DNA of 64,000 nucleotides from an uncultured Gammaproteobacteria bacterium (GTDB lineage Bacteria; Pseudomonadota; Gammaproteobacteria; SZUA-140): NCBI GenBank assembly GCA_947258425.1, contig CAMYIG010000049.1, positions 640 to 64,639 of the forward strand, read 5' to 3'. Shown piece by piece: positions 32,507 to 43,890 of this stretch (position 1 is its first letter; each line of letters starts with the position of its first letter). The notes under the pieces were generated by a model. It saw only the letters and a program-made list of their open reading frames with translations, ran no database searches and was not told where the DNA came from. The position numbers and the translations under genes were made by a program.

Positions 32507-34660
32507 ATGGGATCAGGTATGAAAGAGAGTCAACCACCTGCGCTGACGAAGGCGGCTCATAAGATACTGGAGGCGCGCCACCCCGCGCCGTTTGAATACC
32601 TCGGCAGACATCGCCTCCCGCAGCACAGTCCACACAAAAGCACTGTTCGCATCATCCTACCTGCCGCTGTTACGGCCTCGATTATAGAGCTGCCACGACC
32701 CATGCGACGTCTCGAGGATAGCCCCATTTTTGAAGTCGACGTGAATGATGAAGAGGACTCACTTCCCGAGCACTATTCGATTGAGTGGCAAGATGTCGCA
32801 GGAAACCTGCATCGCGCTTATGATCCCTACAGTTTTTCAGCACAAATTTCTGACCGCGATCTCGAGCTATTTATAGCGGGAAGACTACATCATGCAGCAG
32901 AGGTACTCGGCGCTCACCTGACAACTGTCGATGATATTAGCGGTGTATGCTTTTCCATCTGGGCACCTAATGCAGCATGCGTAAGCGTTGTCGGTGATTT
33001 TAACCAGTGGGATAATCGCTGTCATGCCATGCAAACAAGAGGCACAAGTGGTATATGGGGGCTGTTCATCCCCGACCTTGAAGGCGGTGAACACTACCTG
33101 TTTGACATACGAAGCAACCACAGTGGCAAACGTCACCTCAGGCCTGATCCCTACGCCAGGCAGTTTGATACTGCCGCTACCAATAATGCCATCGTGACCG
33201 TTACCAGTGAACATCACTGGAAGGACAGCCAATGGCTTCACCAGCGCGCATCTTACGACTGGCAACATGCACCTATTTCCTGCTACGAAGTACATCTCGG
33301 TTCCTGGCAACGCCATCAATCGGGGGCAGTATTCAATTATCGTGAACTGGCCAAACAACTTATCGATTATGTACGCACTACAGGCTTTACACATATTGTA
33401 CTGTGTGCGGACACGTCCGTTGAATGCTATGACGGTTACTTTGCTCCGGATAGTCGGCATGGAACCCCGGATGATTTCCGATATTTCATCGATCACTGTC
33501 ATCAACACCGCATCGGGGTGATGCTCAACTGGGTGGTTGATCACCTGCCGCACCACTGCAGCTATCTCAAGCAGTTCGATGGCGCAGCGCTCTATGAGCT
33601 GGCCACGCACAATACATCTAACTTTGATTACAGCCAACAGGGCGTCAGAAACTTTCTGCTATCAAGCGCACTTTTCTGGCTAGATAATTATCATATTGAC
33701 GGCCTGAAACTACGCACAACCACCTCAATGCTCTATCTTGACGGCCAGCAAAATGATGATGTGCTCTCGCTGCTACGTGAAATCAATGACCTCGCCCACC
33801 AACAATCCCCCGGCGTGCTAATGCTTGCGGATGAAAACAGTGTGATGCCAAAGGTAACCAGCGCCACAGGCCTCGGTGGTCTTGGGTTCAGCATGAAATG
33901 GAATAACAGCTGGCATCACGACACGCTTAAGTACATGGCCCATGAAACGGCACAACGTCCAGCACATCACGATGCGCTCATTTTCAATCAACACTATGCC
34001 TTTAATGAAAAATTCATGCTGCCCTTTTCACACCCAACCGAACAGCAAGATAGTCGCGCGTTGCTCTTCCAGATGCCAGGCGATGAACCGCAACGATTCG
34101 CCAACCTGCGCCTGCTCTACAGCTACATGTATACATACCCAGGGAAAAAGTTATTGTTTATGGGTAATGAGTTTGCCACAACATCGGCATGGAATGCACA
34201 GACAGCACTGCCATGGGAACTCGCTGATGAACCACTACATGATGGGTTATCCAAAATGGTCACAGAGCTTAATGCGCTCTACCGAAACACTCGAGCGCTG
34301 TACTACTATGATTTTAATGAGCAGGGATTTGAATGGATTGATTGTCACGACTCGAGTCAGTCACTACTCGTCTTCCAGCGTAAGGCTGACGAACACACTG
34401 TTATCGTCGCACTAAACTTTTCTAACGCCACACGCAACAGTTACCGCATTGGTGTCCCTTATCAGACAAAATACAAAGAGATCTTCAATTCGGATTCTTA
34501 TCACTTCGGCGGTGAAGAACGACTCAACAGCAGCGGCATCCTGTCAGAAAAAACCCCGTGGATGAAGCTGCCTTTTTCGATCACCATCACGCTGCCAGCA
34601 CTCTCCGCAGTAATCCTCAAACCGCTTTCATCGGCTACTGCACCCACAACATCCCAGTAA
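32507..34660 (+). CDS. glgB: 1,4-alpha-glucan branching enzyme
   Basis: 717 aa with an N-terminal CBM48 and a GH13 catalytic core. Confidence 0.9.
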   Translation: MGSGMKESQPPALTKAAHKILEARHPAPFEYLGRHRLPQHSPHKSTVRIILPAAVTASIIELPRPMRRLEDSPIFEVDVNDEEDSLPEHYSIEWQDVAGNLHRAYDPYSFSAQISDRDLELFIAGRLHHAAEVLGAHLTTVDDISGVCFSIWAPNAACVSVVGDFNQWDNRCHAMQTRGTSGIWGLFIPDLEGGEHYLFDIRSNHSGKRHLRPDPYARQFDTAATNNAIVTVTSEHHWKDSQWLHQRASYDWQHAPISCYEVHLGSWQRHQSGAVFNYRELAKQLIDYVRTTGFTHIVLCADTSVECYDGYFAPDSRHGTPDDFRYFIDHCHQHRIGVMLNWVVDHLPHHCSYLKQFDGAALYELATHNTSNFDYSQQGVRNFLLSSALFWLDNYHIDGLKLRTTTSMLYLDGQQNDDVLSLLREINDLAHQQSPGVLMLADENSVMPKVTSATGLGGLGFSMKWNNSWHHDTLKYMAHETAQRPAHHDALIFNQHYAFNEKFMLPFSHPTEQQDSRALLFQMPGDEPQRFANLRLLYSYMYTYPGKKLLFMGNEFATTSAWNAQTALPWELADEPLHDGLSKMVTELNALYRNTRALYYYDFNEQGFEWIDCHDSSQSLLVFQRKADEHTVIVALNFSNATRNSYRIGVPYQTKYKEIFNSDSYHFGGEERLNSSGILSEKTPWMKLPFSITITLPALSAVILKPLSSATAPTTSQ

Positions 34661-35336
34661 AAGATAATACGCCCCACAACATCAGAGGATAAATCCACTG
34701 AAAAACAGGCGGCGTAGCCATCATCGACAAAGCGACCTCATGTGGCGGTGTGTTTTTGGCCCGCTCGACAACCGCACTAAATACAGTTGCAGAAAGCTTT
34801 CCGATCTCATCTAGTTGACGTGGTATCTTGCCCTTTTCCGGTATGTGTTGAGAGATGATCAATTGCGCCTCAGCCATTGCATCAAACACCAGCACCATAC
34901 GCAATGCGACCATCTCAGGCTTAACACCGATTATCCATAACGGACGCACCAGAAAAAGAATCGCCGACAGTAACTGCTCTCGAGAGAGCGTGCATAGCAA
35001 CAGATTCACGCTCGCAATGACGATGGCCAGTGCAATCACTCGCTGCATGCCACTTAAAAATCCTTCATATGTCGGCAGCCACGCCTCCAACACAGCCCAC
35101 TGTAACAGTGGCTCACCCGGGGTAAACCAGCAATAGACAATGAGTATTGAAAACAGGAACCAACGCATGCGCCGCAACATGACCAGCGCTGAGTGAAAAT
35201 AGGCGCCACCATCACGGCTATAAAGAAAAATCATTAACAGCGTGGATAACAACAGCGTGGATGGCGTAGAAAATGCGAGCGCCGAAACCAACACCAGAAA
35301 GCAGGTAATTAAAACGGCAGGATGGATATTCACCAT
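34635..35336 (-). CDS. Polytopic membrane protein, possibly a CbiQ/EcfT-like transporter component
   Basis: 233 aa with about 5 hydrophobic helices. The family assignment is weak. The 3' end overlaps glgB convergently by 26 nt. Confidence 0.4.
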   Translation of the reverse strand: MVNIHPAVLITCFLVLVSALAFSTPSTLLLSTLLMIFLYSRDGGAYFHSALVMLRRMRWFLFSILIVYCWFTPGEPLLQWAVLEAWLPTYEGFLSGMQRVIALAIVIASVNLLLCTLSREQLLSAILFLVRPLWIIGVKPEMVALRMVLVFDAMAEAQLIISQHIPEKGKIPRQLDEIGKLSATVFSAVVERAKNTPPHEVALSMMATPPVFQWIYPLMLWGVLSFTGMLWVQ

Positions 35337-35399
35337 TATCTCAAATCAGCCAGTGATGGTAGCGAGCAGCACAACCTATTTAAATCAGAAAATCTAATA

Positions 35400-38300
35400 C
35401 TACGCGATGCGTTCGATTAATTCGTTAGCATCTTTTTTCTGATCATCATTACCATCATTGACGACTTCATCAAGAATGCCCTTTGCACTCTCGTTATCAC
35501 CCATGTCGATATAGGCCCTGGCGAGGTCAAGTTTTGTACCTACTTCATCCTCTGCCGAAAACAGATCGCTATCTTCAAGGTCACCGAACTCTTCATCAAG
35601 GGAAGAGATATCGGCACTAAAGTCGGAAAGCCAGTCATCATCACTCGTCGAGTCGCCGGTACCGCTATTATCCAGCCCGGCAAAGAGGTCTTCCTCAACA
35701 TCTTCAACTGCCGTAGCAGTAGTCTCGGTAACAGCATCAGAGGAAATTTCTGTGGCAGATGTATTTTTCTCAGTAACATCGAAGTCTGATGCATTATCAC
35801 TGTCGTCTAATATCAGACTATCATTTAAATCTTCGCTATCATCCGCTAAGATTGGCTGACTCTCCAGTCCTTCGAATTCAAGCTCGTTTTCAACATCATC
35901 AACCTTTGTCTCGAGTGAATCGGTCACAGTAGCGTCATCATCTAGCCCTAATGCCACATCATTTTCAGTAAAATCGAGCGTATTATCTTCACTGCTAAGG
36001 TTATCAGCCACATCCTCATCAAAAGACAGCTCAGAGGATGCATCCTTATTAGTATCAGCAACGCTGTCTAATGCAAACTCATTTTCAAAGGTGATCTCAT
36101 CACTATTCTCTGTACTAGCATCAAGACCTTCAAGCGCATCTTCGGAGGCGGTCAAGTCTAAATCAGGTAACGCATCGGCATTACCCTCTGAAGCCATTTC
36201 CATCGCAGAATCAAGGCTTGCCTCAAGCTCACCAAGATCATCGAGTGCATTAAATGCATCGCCCAATTCGCTTTCACTAAGCGCACCCATGTCGTCTTCA
36301 TTGACATCGTCGAATGGATTATCACTCTCCGATGCAACAGCAGTCGCGGACGAATTATTTCCGTCCATCTCCAGATCACCAAGATCGAGTTCACCACCAA
36401 GATCAGGTAAATCCATTGCGAGTTCATCACTAGCACCGGTACTATCAACAGCGACTTCATCATTGAAAAGCAAGCTGGTTGGTGCAATTTTTCTGCCCAT
36501 TTCCGCAACGCCTTTCCAGATACTGCTATTGCTATCACCTAATGAAGCCTGTAATTTCTCCGCACGCTCAATAAATGCTTCTTTTTTATCACTCGCAGCA
36601 TAGACTTCTAGCAACTTAACTTGTACGTCAAGGCGATCGGGTTCGTTTTGCACTGCTTCACTCAACAGCTCTTCAGCCTTATCGTAACGACGATATGCCA
36701 GGTAAACATCCGCTTCGGCGATCGCATCGATTTCATCATCATCACTGACATCCATGCCTCCTGAGTTTGAATACTCAGGTATCACATCATTTAATACAGA
36801 CTCAACCGCCTCATCGCTATTCTCCGCAGCCACTTCAGGCTCAGATACAGGTGTTTGTGAGTAGGAAGCGTCGTCATCCGCCTCCATTGCCTCTTCAAAA
36901 GCAGCCATTTTACGACGACGCATAACCAGGCCACCGGCCACAACCGCGATCACAGCTACGCCACCCAGAAGGATGACGGGATCAAAGCCACCCAACATGC
37001 CCTCTACATCAGGCAACATTGAGGCACTATCACCCATCAAACCGTCAAAAACGGCGAGGGCATCATCTATCATTGATGTTTCTACTGGGGGCGGTGGTAT
37101 CGCGACTGGTGGCGGTGTCGTTATTGATGATTCAGTCGTCGCAGATGCTGATTGAGATTCCTCATTTGAGGCGACCATGCTCTCTGGCTCCATTTCCTCA
37201 AGCACTACCTCATCTGGCAGCTGTTCAGTACCATTCTCGGGCACTTCTGCCGTGACAGGTGATTCAGGACTGGCTTGCATCGCTGATAGCGTATCGCCCT
37301 TGAGTGTCATCAGACGCTGCATTGATGCCAACTGTTCTTCGAGCGCCGCTAGTCGTTTGCGCAGCTCTTCGTTTTCCTGACGACTGACATCAACAGATTC
37401 CATCGCGAATGCCAACTCCTGTCGCACATCGCCTTCGGATGCATCGAGTGCGCTACCAGAACCGGCTTGCGACATACCTTCAGCAGGTGCTACCAGCTTC
37501 AAACGAGATTCAACTTCACCCTGGCTACCCGCTGCCGCCATCCCGCGCTCACTACTACCTCCACTACGACCCAGTGGTCGTTGGCCAGCAGCTAGTGCTG
37601 TTGAGTGTTTCGCATCTACCCACTGCTCATACTGTAGCTTTGCGATACGTTCTGCTTCACCCGAAGTCATCTCTGAAATCACCGCTGGATCAGCAATTCG
37701 CAACACATAACCCGCTTTCAGGTTGTTAATATTCTGTTGATCAAACGCCTGTGGATTTTCGTTCAACAGTGCCATCATCACCTGCTGCACCGTTACGCTG
37801 TTATCAGGCTTCATCTGCGAAGCAATTCTCCACAGGGTGTCGGTCGTTTTGACCGGGCCGTAGGTAATCTCGCCGTTATTTGCGATAGACACTTCACTTG
37901 TGCGCCGCGCGACACGAGGTGCTACCCGAGCAGGGGCAACGTCGACTACATCATCTGTCGCGGATGAAGCACCCCGTGATACTTCGCCACCACCGTTCGA
38001 AGCGGCTTCATCTTCAAATAATGGAATATCAAGGGCCGAAGGACGCTCGTCCACCAATACGGGGGGATCAAGTAATAAGGTGTATTCACGCAGAATGCGA
38101 CCACCGGGCCAATTAGCTTCAATGATAAAATCAAGAAACGGTTCTTTCACTGGCTCATGTGAAGTGATCTTAAGATACGGCTCACCATTGGTGCGCTTTA
38201 ATACCTGAAACTTAAACTTTGTCAGAAAAAAGGGCCGCTCAAGTCCTGCTTTTTCGAAATCATCTCTGGAAGCGAGTTTAACATTGATCTCTTCAGCGTC

Positions 38301-38486
38301 GGTATTTCCTACAGAGAGCAGCCCAATCTCAGCATCCAGCGACTGGTTGAGTGCCGAGTGAAGATTAATCTCTCCAAGCCCGAGCGAAAAACTATTAACC
38401 GGCAACAACAGTAGAAGCATGGCAAAAAATTTAGCCAAATCCTTCATGAGTCCAGGTAACATTCCTTCTCCTTTTCGTCTAAGCAT
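35400..38486 (-). CDS. fimV: FimV/HubP-family polar-organising protein (LysM, TM, very long acidic region, C-terminal TPR-like FimV motif)
   Basis: Signal peptide; LysM (TYGPVKTTDTLWRIAS...NLKAGYVLRI); a TM segment (ILLGGVAVIAVVAGGLVM); about 500 aa of D/E-rich low complexity; a C-terminal FimV-type motif (KLDLARAYIDMGDNESAKGILDEV). The position next to asd-leuBDC is the same as for Pseudomonas fimV. Confidence 0.8.
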   Translation of the reverse strand: MLRRKGEGMLPGLMKDLAKFFAMLLLLLPVNSFSLGLGEINLHSALNQSLDAEIGLLSVGNTDAEEINVKLASRDDFEKAGLERPFFLTKFKFQVLKRTNGEPYLKITSHEPVKEPFLDFIIEANWPGGRILREYTLLLDPPVLVDERPSALDIPLFEDEAASNGGGEVSRGASSATDDVVDVAPARVAPRVARRTSEVSIANNGEITYGPVKTTDTLWRIASQMKPDNSVTVQQVMMALLNENPQAFDQQNINNLKAGYVLRIADPAVISEMTSGEAERIAKLQYEQWVDAKHSTALAAGQRPLGRSGGSSERGMAAAGSQGEVESRLKLVAPAEGMSQAGSGSALDASEGDVRQELAFAMESVDVSRQENEELRKRLAALEEQLASMQRLMTLKGDTLSAMQASPESPVTAEVPENGTEQLPDEVVLEEMEPESMVASNEESQSASATTESSITTPPPVAIPPPPVETSMIDDALAVFDGLMGDSASMLPDVEGMLGGFDPVILLGGVAVIAVVAGGLVMRRRKMAAFEEAMEADDDASYSQTPVSEPEVAAENSDEAVESVLNDVIPEYSNSGGMDVSDDDEIDAIAEADVYLAYRRYDKAEELLSEAVQNEPDRLDVQVKLLEVYAASDKKEAFIERAEKLQASLGDSNSSIWKGVAEMGRKIAPTSLLFNDEVAVDSTGASDELAMDLPDLGGELDLGDLEMDGNNSSATAVASESDNPFDDVNEDDMGALSESELGDAFNALDDLGELEASLDSAMEMASEGNADALPDLDLTASEDALEGLDASTENSDEITFENEFALDSVADTNKDASSELSFDEDVADNLSSEDNTLDFTENDVALGLDDDATVTDSLETKVDDVENELEFEGLESQPILADDSEDLNDSLILDDSDNASDFDVTEKNTSATEISSDAVTETTATAVEDVEEDLFAGLDNSGTGDSTSDDDWLSDFSADISSLDEEFGDLEDSDLFSAEDEVGTKLDLARAYIDMGDNESAKGILDEVVNDGNDDQKKDANELIERIA

Positions 38487-38550
38487 TGTCTCCGCACCTT
38501 AAAATACAATCGTTGCAAAGTAGTTAACGGCAGCTTTTTTCAGAAACTCA

Positions 38551-39579
38551 CTAATTTATATAATCATTTATCAAAATTTCTGCAATCTGCACACTATTGA
38601 GTGCTGCGCCCTTCCTAACATTGTCTGCTACGACCCATAAATCCAGTCCACGTGGGTGCGAAATATCTTCGCGGATTCGGCCAACATAGACCGGATCGGT
38701 CCCCACAGACTCTGTCACGGCAGTGGGGTAGCCACCGGATTGACGCTCATCCAGTACCACAATGCCCGGTGCATCCTGAAGTACGGCCGTTGCATCCTCA
38801 ACAGTAATCTTTTTGCGCGTTTCAATGTGAATCGCCTCCGAGTGCCCATAAAACACAGGAACCCGTACTGCTGTGGGGTTAACCAAGATAGCGTCATCTG
38901 CAAAGATTTTTTTAGTTTCCCACACCATTTTCATCTCTTCCTTGGTGTAACCGTTCTCAAGGAAAACATCGATTTGCGGTAATACATTAAACGCAATCTG
39001 TTTTGGATAGACATTCGTCTTAATCTCCTGGGCATTCAATAAGGCCGCTGTCTGTCCCGCCAGCTCTTCAATCGCCTGCTTACCAGTCCCAGAAACTGCC
39101 TGATAGGTGCAGACATTAATCCGCTCAATCCCGACCGCATCATAGATCGGCTTTAACGCCACCAGCATCTGAATGGTTGAACAGTTTGGATTGGCAATAA
39201 TATTGCGCTTTTTATAATCGGCCACCGCATCCGGGTTGACCTCCGGCACCACCAGCGGAATATCATCGTCATAACGAAAATGTGAAGTGTTATCGATCAC
39301 CACGCAACCCGCCGCAGCAGCAATCGGAGCATACTTCTCCGAAACGCTGCCGCCCGCAGAAAAGAGTGCGATCTGTACCTTAGAGAAATCGAATGTATCA
39401 AGATCTTCGACCCTCAAGTGTTTACCCTTAAATTCAACGCGCTTGCCCGCTGAGCGGCTGCTCGCCAATGGGTAGAGCGTATCCACCGGAAAATTCCGTT
39501 CGGCCAAAATGCTGATCATGGTCTCACCGACGGCACCTGTTGCACCGACTACCGCGACATCATATTTTTTGCTCATCAA
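38551..39579 (-). CDS. asd: Aspartate-semialdehyde dehydrogenase
   Basis: MMSKKYDVAVVGATGAVGETM... is a Rossmann N-terminus. 342 aa. Confidence 0.9.
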   Translation of the reverse strand: MMSKKYDVAVVGATGAVGETMISILAERNFPVDTLYPLASSRSAGKRVEFKGKHLRVEDLDTFDFSKVQIALFSAGGSVSEKYAPIAAAAGCVVIDNTSHFRYDDDIPLVVPEVNPDAVADYKKRNIIANPNCSTIQMLVALKPIYDAVGIERINVCTYQAVSGTGKQAIEELAGQTAALLNAQEIKTNVYPKQIAFNVLPQIDVFLENGYTKEEMKMVWETKKIFADDAILVNPTAVRVPVFYGHSEAIHIETRKKITVEDATAVLQDAPGIVVLDERQSGGYPTAVTESVGTDPVYVGRIREDISHPRGLDLWVVADNVRKGAALNSVQIAEILINDYIN

Positions 39580-39618
39580 TAACTTCCTTACGTTTTTCGC
39601 TTTAAATTTTCTTCAATG

Positions 39619-40698
39619 CTACCCGTTCAACGCTGCGACAATTGCATCGCCCATCTCACTGGTAGAGACCTTACGCGAACCTTCGGTATAGATATCCGCC
39701 GTTCGCAGACCAGCGTCCAGCACACTATTCACAGCGACTTCAATGCGCTCCGCCATCGCTGCCTGGTCAAGCGAATAACGCAGTAACATCGCCACCGATA
39801 GAATCGTCGCAAGCGGATTGGCAATCCCCTGCCCCGCAATATCCGGTGCAGACCCGTGAATCGGTTCATACATCCCTTTACCATTGGCATCCAGTGATGC
39901 CGACGGCAACATGCCAATCGAGCCGGTTAACATCGCGGCGCAATCAGACAGAATGTCACCAAACATGTTGGTCGTGACCATCACATCGAACTGCTTCGGT
40001 GCACGCACCAGCTGCATCGCCGCATTATCGACATACATATGACTCAGCTCAATCTCAGGGTAATCCTTCGCCACGCGGATCATCACCTCACGCCACAGCT
40101 CTGTACACTCCAGCACGTTGGCTTTATCGACCGAGCAGACACGCTTATCGCGCTTCATTGCAATCTCAAACGCGGAACGGCCAATGCGTTCGATCTCGGA
40201 CTCCTTATAGATAAGCGTATTGAACCCCTGCTTCTCACCATTCTCAAGGGTTCGCACGCCGCGCGGCTGACCAAAATAGATCCCGCCGGTGAGTTCACGC
40301 ACGATCATAATATCAAGCCCTGAGACCACTTCCGGTTTCAAGCTTGAGGCGTCGGCCAGTTGTGGGTAGAGAATCGCAGGGCGCAGATTCGAAAAGAGCT
40401 CCAGATTGGCACGCAGCCCCAGCAACCCCTTCTCCGGACGCACCGCAATATCTAAAGATTCCCATTTGTGGCCACCGACGGCCCCCAGCAAAATGGCATC
40501 ACACGCCTTCGCTTTTGCTAACGTCTCATCCGGCAACGGATGACCGGCTGCATCATAGGCTGCCCCGCCGACCAATCCATGATCGAGTTCGATCGCAAGA
40601 CCATGCTTGCGCTGCAACGTCTCCAGCACCTTCACTGCTTCCGCAACAATCTCCGGCCCAATGCCGTCCCCAGGTAAAACCAATATTTTTTTTGTCAT
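39619..40698 (-). CDS. leuB: 3-isopropylmalate dehydrogenase
   Basis: [17 protein letters not shown]... 359 aa. Confidence 0.92.
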   Translation of the reverse strand: MTKKILVLPGDGIGPEIVAEAVKVLETLQRKHGLAIELDHGLVGGAAYDAAGHPLPDETLAKAKACDAILLGAVGGHKWESLDIAVRPEKGLLGLRANLELFSNLRPAILYPQLADASSLKPEVVSGLDIMIVRELTGGIYFGQPRGVRTLENGEKQGFNTLIYKESEIERIGRSAFEIAMKRDKRVCSVDKANVLECTELWREVMIRVAKDYPEIELSHMYVDNAAMQLVRAPKQFDVMVTTNMFGDILSDCAAMLTGSIGMLPSASLDANGKGMYEPIHGSAPDIAGQGIANPLATILSVAMLLRYSLDQAAMAERIEVAVNSVLDAGLRTADIYTEGSRKVSTSEMGDAIVAALNG

Positions 40699-40726
40699 TT
40701 CTACTCTTCCACGCTATCGATATGTT

Positions 40727-41368
40727 TCAGGAGACAAACAGCCACGGTGCATCCTGTTTTCGTTTCGTCTCATAGGCCGTGACCGCATCAGCATGTTGCA
40801 GGCTAAGTCCAATCTCATCCAGACCCTGTAGCAGACATTCCTTTCGAAAATTATCGATCTCGAAATGCATCGTCTCACCACTCGGCAAGGTAACATGTTG
40901 AGCCGCCAAATCAACCTGTAAATGATAACCCGGGTTAGCCTCAATCTCTTTGAAGATACGCTCAACCTCATCGGCCGCAAGCACAAACGGCAGCACACCA
41001 TTCTTAAAACAGTTGTTATAAAAGATGTCCGCAAAGCTCGGCGCGATCACCACACGAATGCCGTAATCGAGCAGTGCCCACACGGCATGCTCTCGCGAAG
41101 AGCCACAGCCGAAGTTATCGCGCGCGATCAAAATCTGCGCACCGCTATAACGCGGCTGGTTCAGCACAAAGTCCGCGTTCAATGGTCGGTCGCTGCTATC
41201 CTGATCCGGCTCACCAAGATCAAGGTAGCGCCATTCATCAAACAGGTTCGGCCCAAAGCCACTGCGTTTGACCGACTTCAGAAACTGCTTCGGAATGATC
41301 GCATCGGTATCGACATTGGCGCGATCCAACGGCACTACCAATCCATCTAATGTTGTGAATGCATCCAT
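40727..41368 (-). CDS. leuD: 3-isopropylmalate dehydratase small subunit
   Basis: 213 aa, LeuD family, immediately downstream of leuC. Confidence 0.9.
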   Translation of the reverse strand: MDAFTTLDGLVVPLDRANVDTDAIIPKQFLKSVKRSGFGPNLFDEWRYLDLGEPDQDSSDRPLNADFVLNQPRYSGAQILIARDNFGCGSSREHAVWALLDYGIRVVIAPSFADIFYNNCFKNGVLPFVLAADEVERIFKEIEANPGYHLQVDLAAQHVTLPSGETMHFEIDNFRKECLLQGLDEIGLSLQHADAVTAYETKRKQDAPWLFVS

Positions 41369-41370
41369 CG

Positions 41371-42804
41371 TTACACCCCCCTCTGGTTATCTTTTGTGAC
41401 ATCAACAAAGTGACCCGCAATCGCCGCTGCCGCAGCCATCGCCGGACTCACCAGATGGGTACGCCCCCCCTGCCCCTGCCTGCCCTCGAAATTACGGTTC
41501 GAGGTCGAGGCACAGTGCTCGCCCGACTCCAGACGATCAGCGTTCATCGCCAAACACATCGAACAACCCGGCTCGCGCCACTCGAAACCGGCGTCGATAA
41601 AGAGTTTATCCAGCCCTTCCGCTTCGGCCTGACGCTTCACCAGACCAGAGCCAGGCACCACCAGGGCCTGATTGATCGTGGCGGCGACCTTACGCCCGTT
41701 GATCACCGCCGCTGCATCACGCAGATCTTCAATGCGTGAATTGGTGCATGAACCAATGAAGACCTTATCAAGCTGAATGTCGCTAATCGCCTGCCCACCT
41801 GCCAGCCCCATATATTTCAGTGCGCGTTCGATGTTGCCGCGCTTCACACTATCCACTTCATCTTCGGGACGTGGCACATGGCCATCGACCGGCAACACCA
41901 TCTCCGGCGAAGTACCCCAGGTCACCTGCGGTTCAATCGTCGCACCATCAATGGTGACAATACGATCAAACTCAGCGCCGTCATCACTGTGCAGATCGGC
42001 CCATGCCGCCTTCGCTTGCTCCCACTGCTCACCCTTCGGCGCGTAAGTGCGGCCGCGCACATATTCGATGGTCTTCTCATCAACCGCGACCATGCCGGCG
42101 CGCGCGCCCGCTTCAATTGTCATGTTGCAGAGCGTCATGCGTCCTTCGATGGAGAGTGCGCGCACCGCCTCGCCACCAAATTCGATCGCATAGCCGGTGC
42201 CACCGGCCGTGCCGATTTCACCGATCACCGCCAGCGCCATATCTTTGGCCGACACTCCCGGGCGCAGCTTGCCATCAATCTTCACTAGCATGTTTTTCGA
42301 CTTCTGCTGAATCAGGCACTGCGTCGCCAGCACATGTTCAACTTCGGAGGTACCGATGCCAAACGCAAGCGCACCCAGCGCACCGTGGGTCGAGGTGTGG
42401 GAGTCACCACACACCACCGTCATCCCCGGCAAGGTCGCGCCCGATTCCGGCCCGACGACATGGACGATGCCCTGACGTGGATCATCCATCTTGAATTCAG
42501 TCAGGCCAAACTCGACACAATTACTATCCAGCGTCTCGACCTGTATTCGTGCCACTGGATCACTAATACCTACTGAGCGATCGGTGGTCGGCACATTATG
42601 ATCAGGCACTGCCAGCACTGAATCGATCCGCCACGGTTTACGTCCCGCCATGCGCAGTCCTTCAAACGCCTGTGGCGAGGTGACTTCATGCACCAGATGC
42701 CTATCTATATAGAGGACGCTGGCGCCTTCAGCAGTGGTTCTCACTTGATGTGAATTCCACAGTTTGTCATATAAAGTACTATTTGACATTAAGTTTCCTC
42801 CCAA
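41371..42804 (-). CDS. leuC: 3-isopropylmalate dehydratase large subunit
   Basis: Aconitase-family protein with Fe-S ligands (CMALN, GSCTNS). The likely start is [11 protein letters not shown] at 42789. Confidence 0.92.
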   Translation of the reverse strand: MGGNLMSNSTLYDKLWNSHQVRTTAEGASVLYIDRHLVHEVTSPQAFEGLRMAGRKPWRIDSVLAVPDHNVPTTDRSVGISDPVARIQVETLDSNCVEFGLTEFKMDDPRQGIVHVVGPESGATLPGMTVVCGDSHTSTHGALGALAFGIGTSEVEHVLATQCLIQQKSKNMLVKIDGKLRPGVSAKDMALAVIGEIGTAGGTGYAIEFGGEAVRALSIEGRMTLCNMTIEAGARAGMVAVDEKTIEYVRGRTYAPKGEQWEQAKAAWADLHSDDGAEFDRIVTIDGATIEPQVTWGTSPEMVLPVDGHVPRPEDEVDSVKRGNIERALKYMGLAGGQAISDIQLDKVFIGSCTNSRIEDLRDAAAVINGRKVAATINQALVVPGSGLVKRQAEAEGLDKLFIDAGFEWREPGCSMCLAMNADRLESGEHCASTSNRNFEGRQGQGGRTHLVSPAMAAAAAIAGHFVDVTKDNQRGV

Positions 42805-42928
42805 TTAACAATCGCTTTGACTATCTTGTTCTGACCAATATGCAGGCAATATACGCCGATCTCTATCATTAATCTAATTCATCTTTTTCATCTATTGCAT
42901 TCCTTAAAGGAATAGATATGATGACCCC

Positions 42929-43831
42929 ATGAACATTTCAGATCTAAAGGCGTTTGTCTGCGTCGCCGAACAGCACTCATTTTCACACGCCGCAGAAAGG
43001 CTACACCTGACTCAGCCCGCCATTAGCAAACGGGTGGCCGCACTGGAAAACTCACTCGGTACCCGGCTTTTTGACCGCATTGGACGATCAGTAAAACTCA
43101 CCACTGCCGGCAGCGCACTGCTGACGCATGCACAGAAAATCCTGCTCGCCGTTGAGGATAGTCGCCGCGCCATCCACAATCTATCGGGTGAGGTCAGCGG
43201 CCAATTGAGCATCGGCACCAGCCATCACATAGGGTTGCACCGCCTGCCGACCGTACTAAAGGCATTCAGCCAGAAATTTACCAAGGTGCAACTTGACCTC
43301 CATTTTCTCGACTCAGAGGCCGCCTGCACCAGTGTTGAACATGGCGAACTCGAATTGGCGGTGGTGACACTACCGCCCTTCGGTGACAGCCCGTTAACCA
43401 TGATCCCAGTCTGGCAAGACCCACTGGTACTGGTCACCGCACATGACCATCCCCTTTGCGCGCTCAAGCAGATTACGCCCGCACAACTAACCCGGTACGC
43501 CGCCATTCTCCCTTCGCACGGCACCTTTACCCGAGATTTAATCGATCATCATTTCAAAAAACAGCGCCATGCACTCAACGTGCGACTTGAAACCAATTAC
43601 CTTGAAACCATCAAAATGCTGGTCTCCATTGGCCAGGGATGGAGCGTACTACCAGAGACGCTGGTCGATGAGAGTCTGTACGCCCACCACGGCTATTTTT
43701 CAGCGAAAAGGATGCTCGGCATCGTGCACCACCCCAAGCGCACCCTTTCTAATGCGGCGCAGGCATTTATTAAATGTTGTGGCGCCGCACATCTTGCAAT
43801 ACAAAATAGCCCGCTTAGCCCCCCCGAATAA
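42929..43831 (+). CDS. LysR-family transcriptional regulator, divergent from leuC
   Basis: N-terminal HTH (...FSHAAERLHLTQPAISKRVAALE...) followed by a LysR substrate-binding domain. Confidence 0.85.
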   Translation: MNISDLKAFVCVAEQHSFSHAAERLHLTQPAISKRVAALENSLGTRLFDRIGRSVKLTTAGSALLTHAQKILLAVEDSRRAIHNLSGEVSGQLSIGTSHHIGLHRLPTVLKAFSQKFTKVQLDLHFLDSEAACTSVEHGELELAVVTLPPFGDSPLTMIPVWQDPLVLVTAHDHPLCALKQITPAQLTRYAAILPSHGTFTRDLIDHHFKKQRHALNVRLETNYLETIKMLVSIGQGWSVLPETLVDESLYAHHGYFSAKRMLGIVHHPKRTLSNAAQAFIKCCGAAHLAIQNSPLSPPE

Positions 43832-43890
43832 AGCCTCGAATAAATTGGGGAGTTTAGGTAGGATAGCGACTTCGTTTCAATCAGGTTTCA

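Noticed and set aside
32885-33637. 250-aa ORF antisense within glgB
   Set aside because: It overlaps the conserved GH13 core of glgB on the opposite strand and has no homology signal.
36091-36603. 170-aa Ser-rich ORF on the plus strand
   Set aside because: Antisense of the D/E-rich low-complexity region of fimV. It is an artefact of the repetitive GA-rich DNA.
42003-42494. 163-aa Arg/Pro-rich plus-strand ORF
   Set aside because: Antisense to leuC. It is a GC-rich frame artefact.
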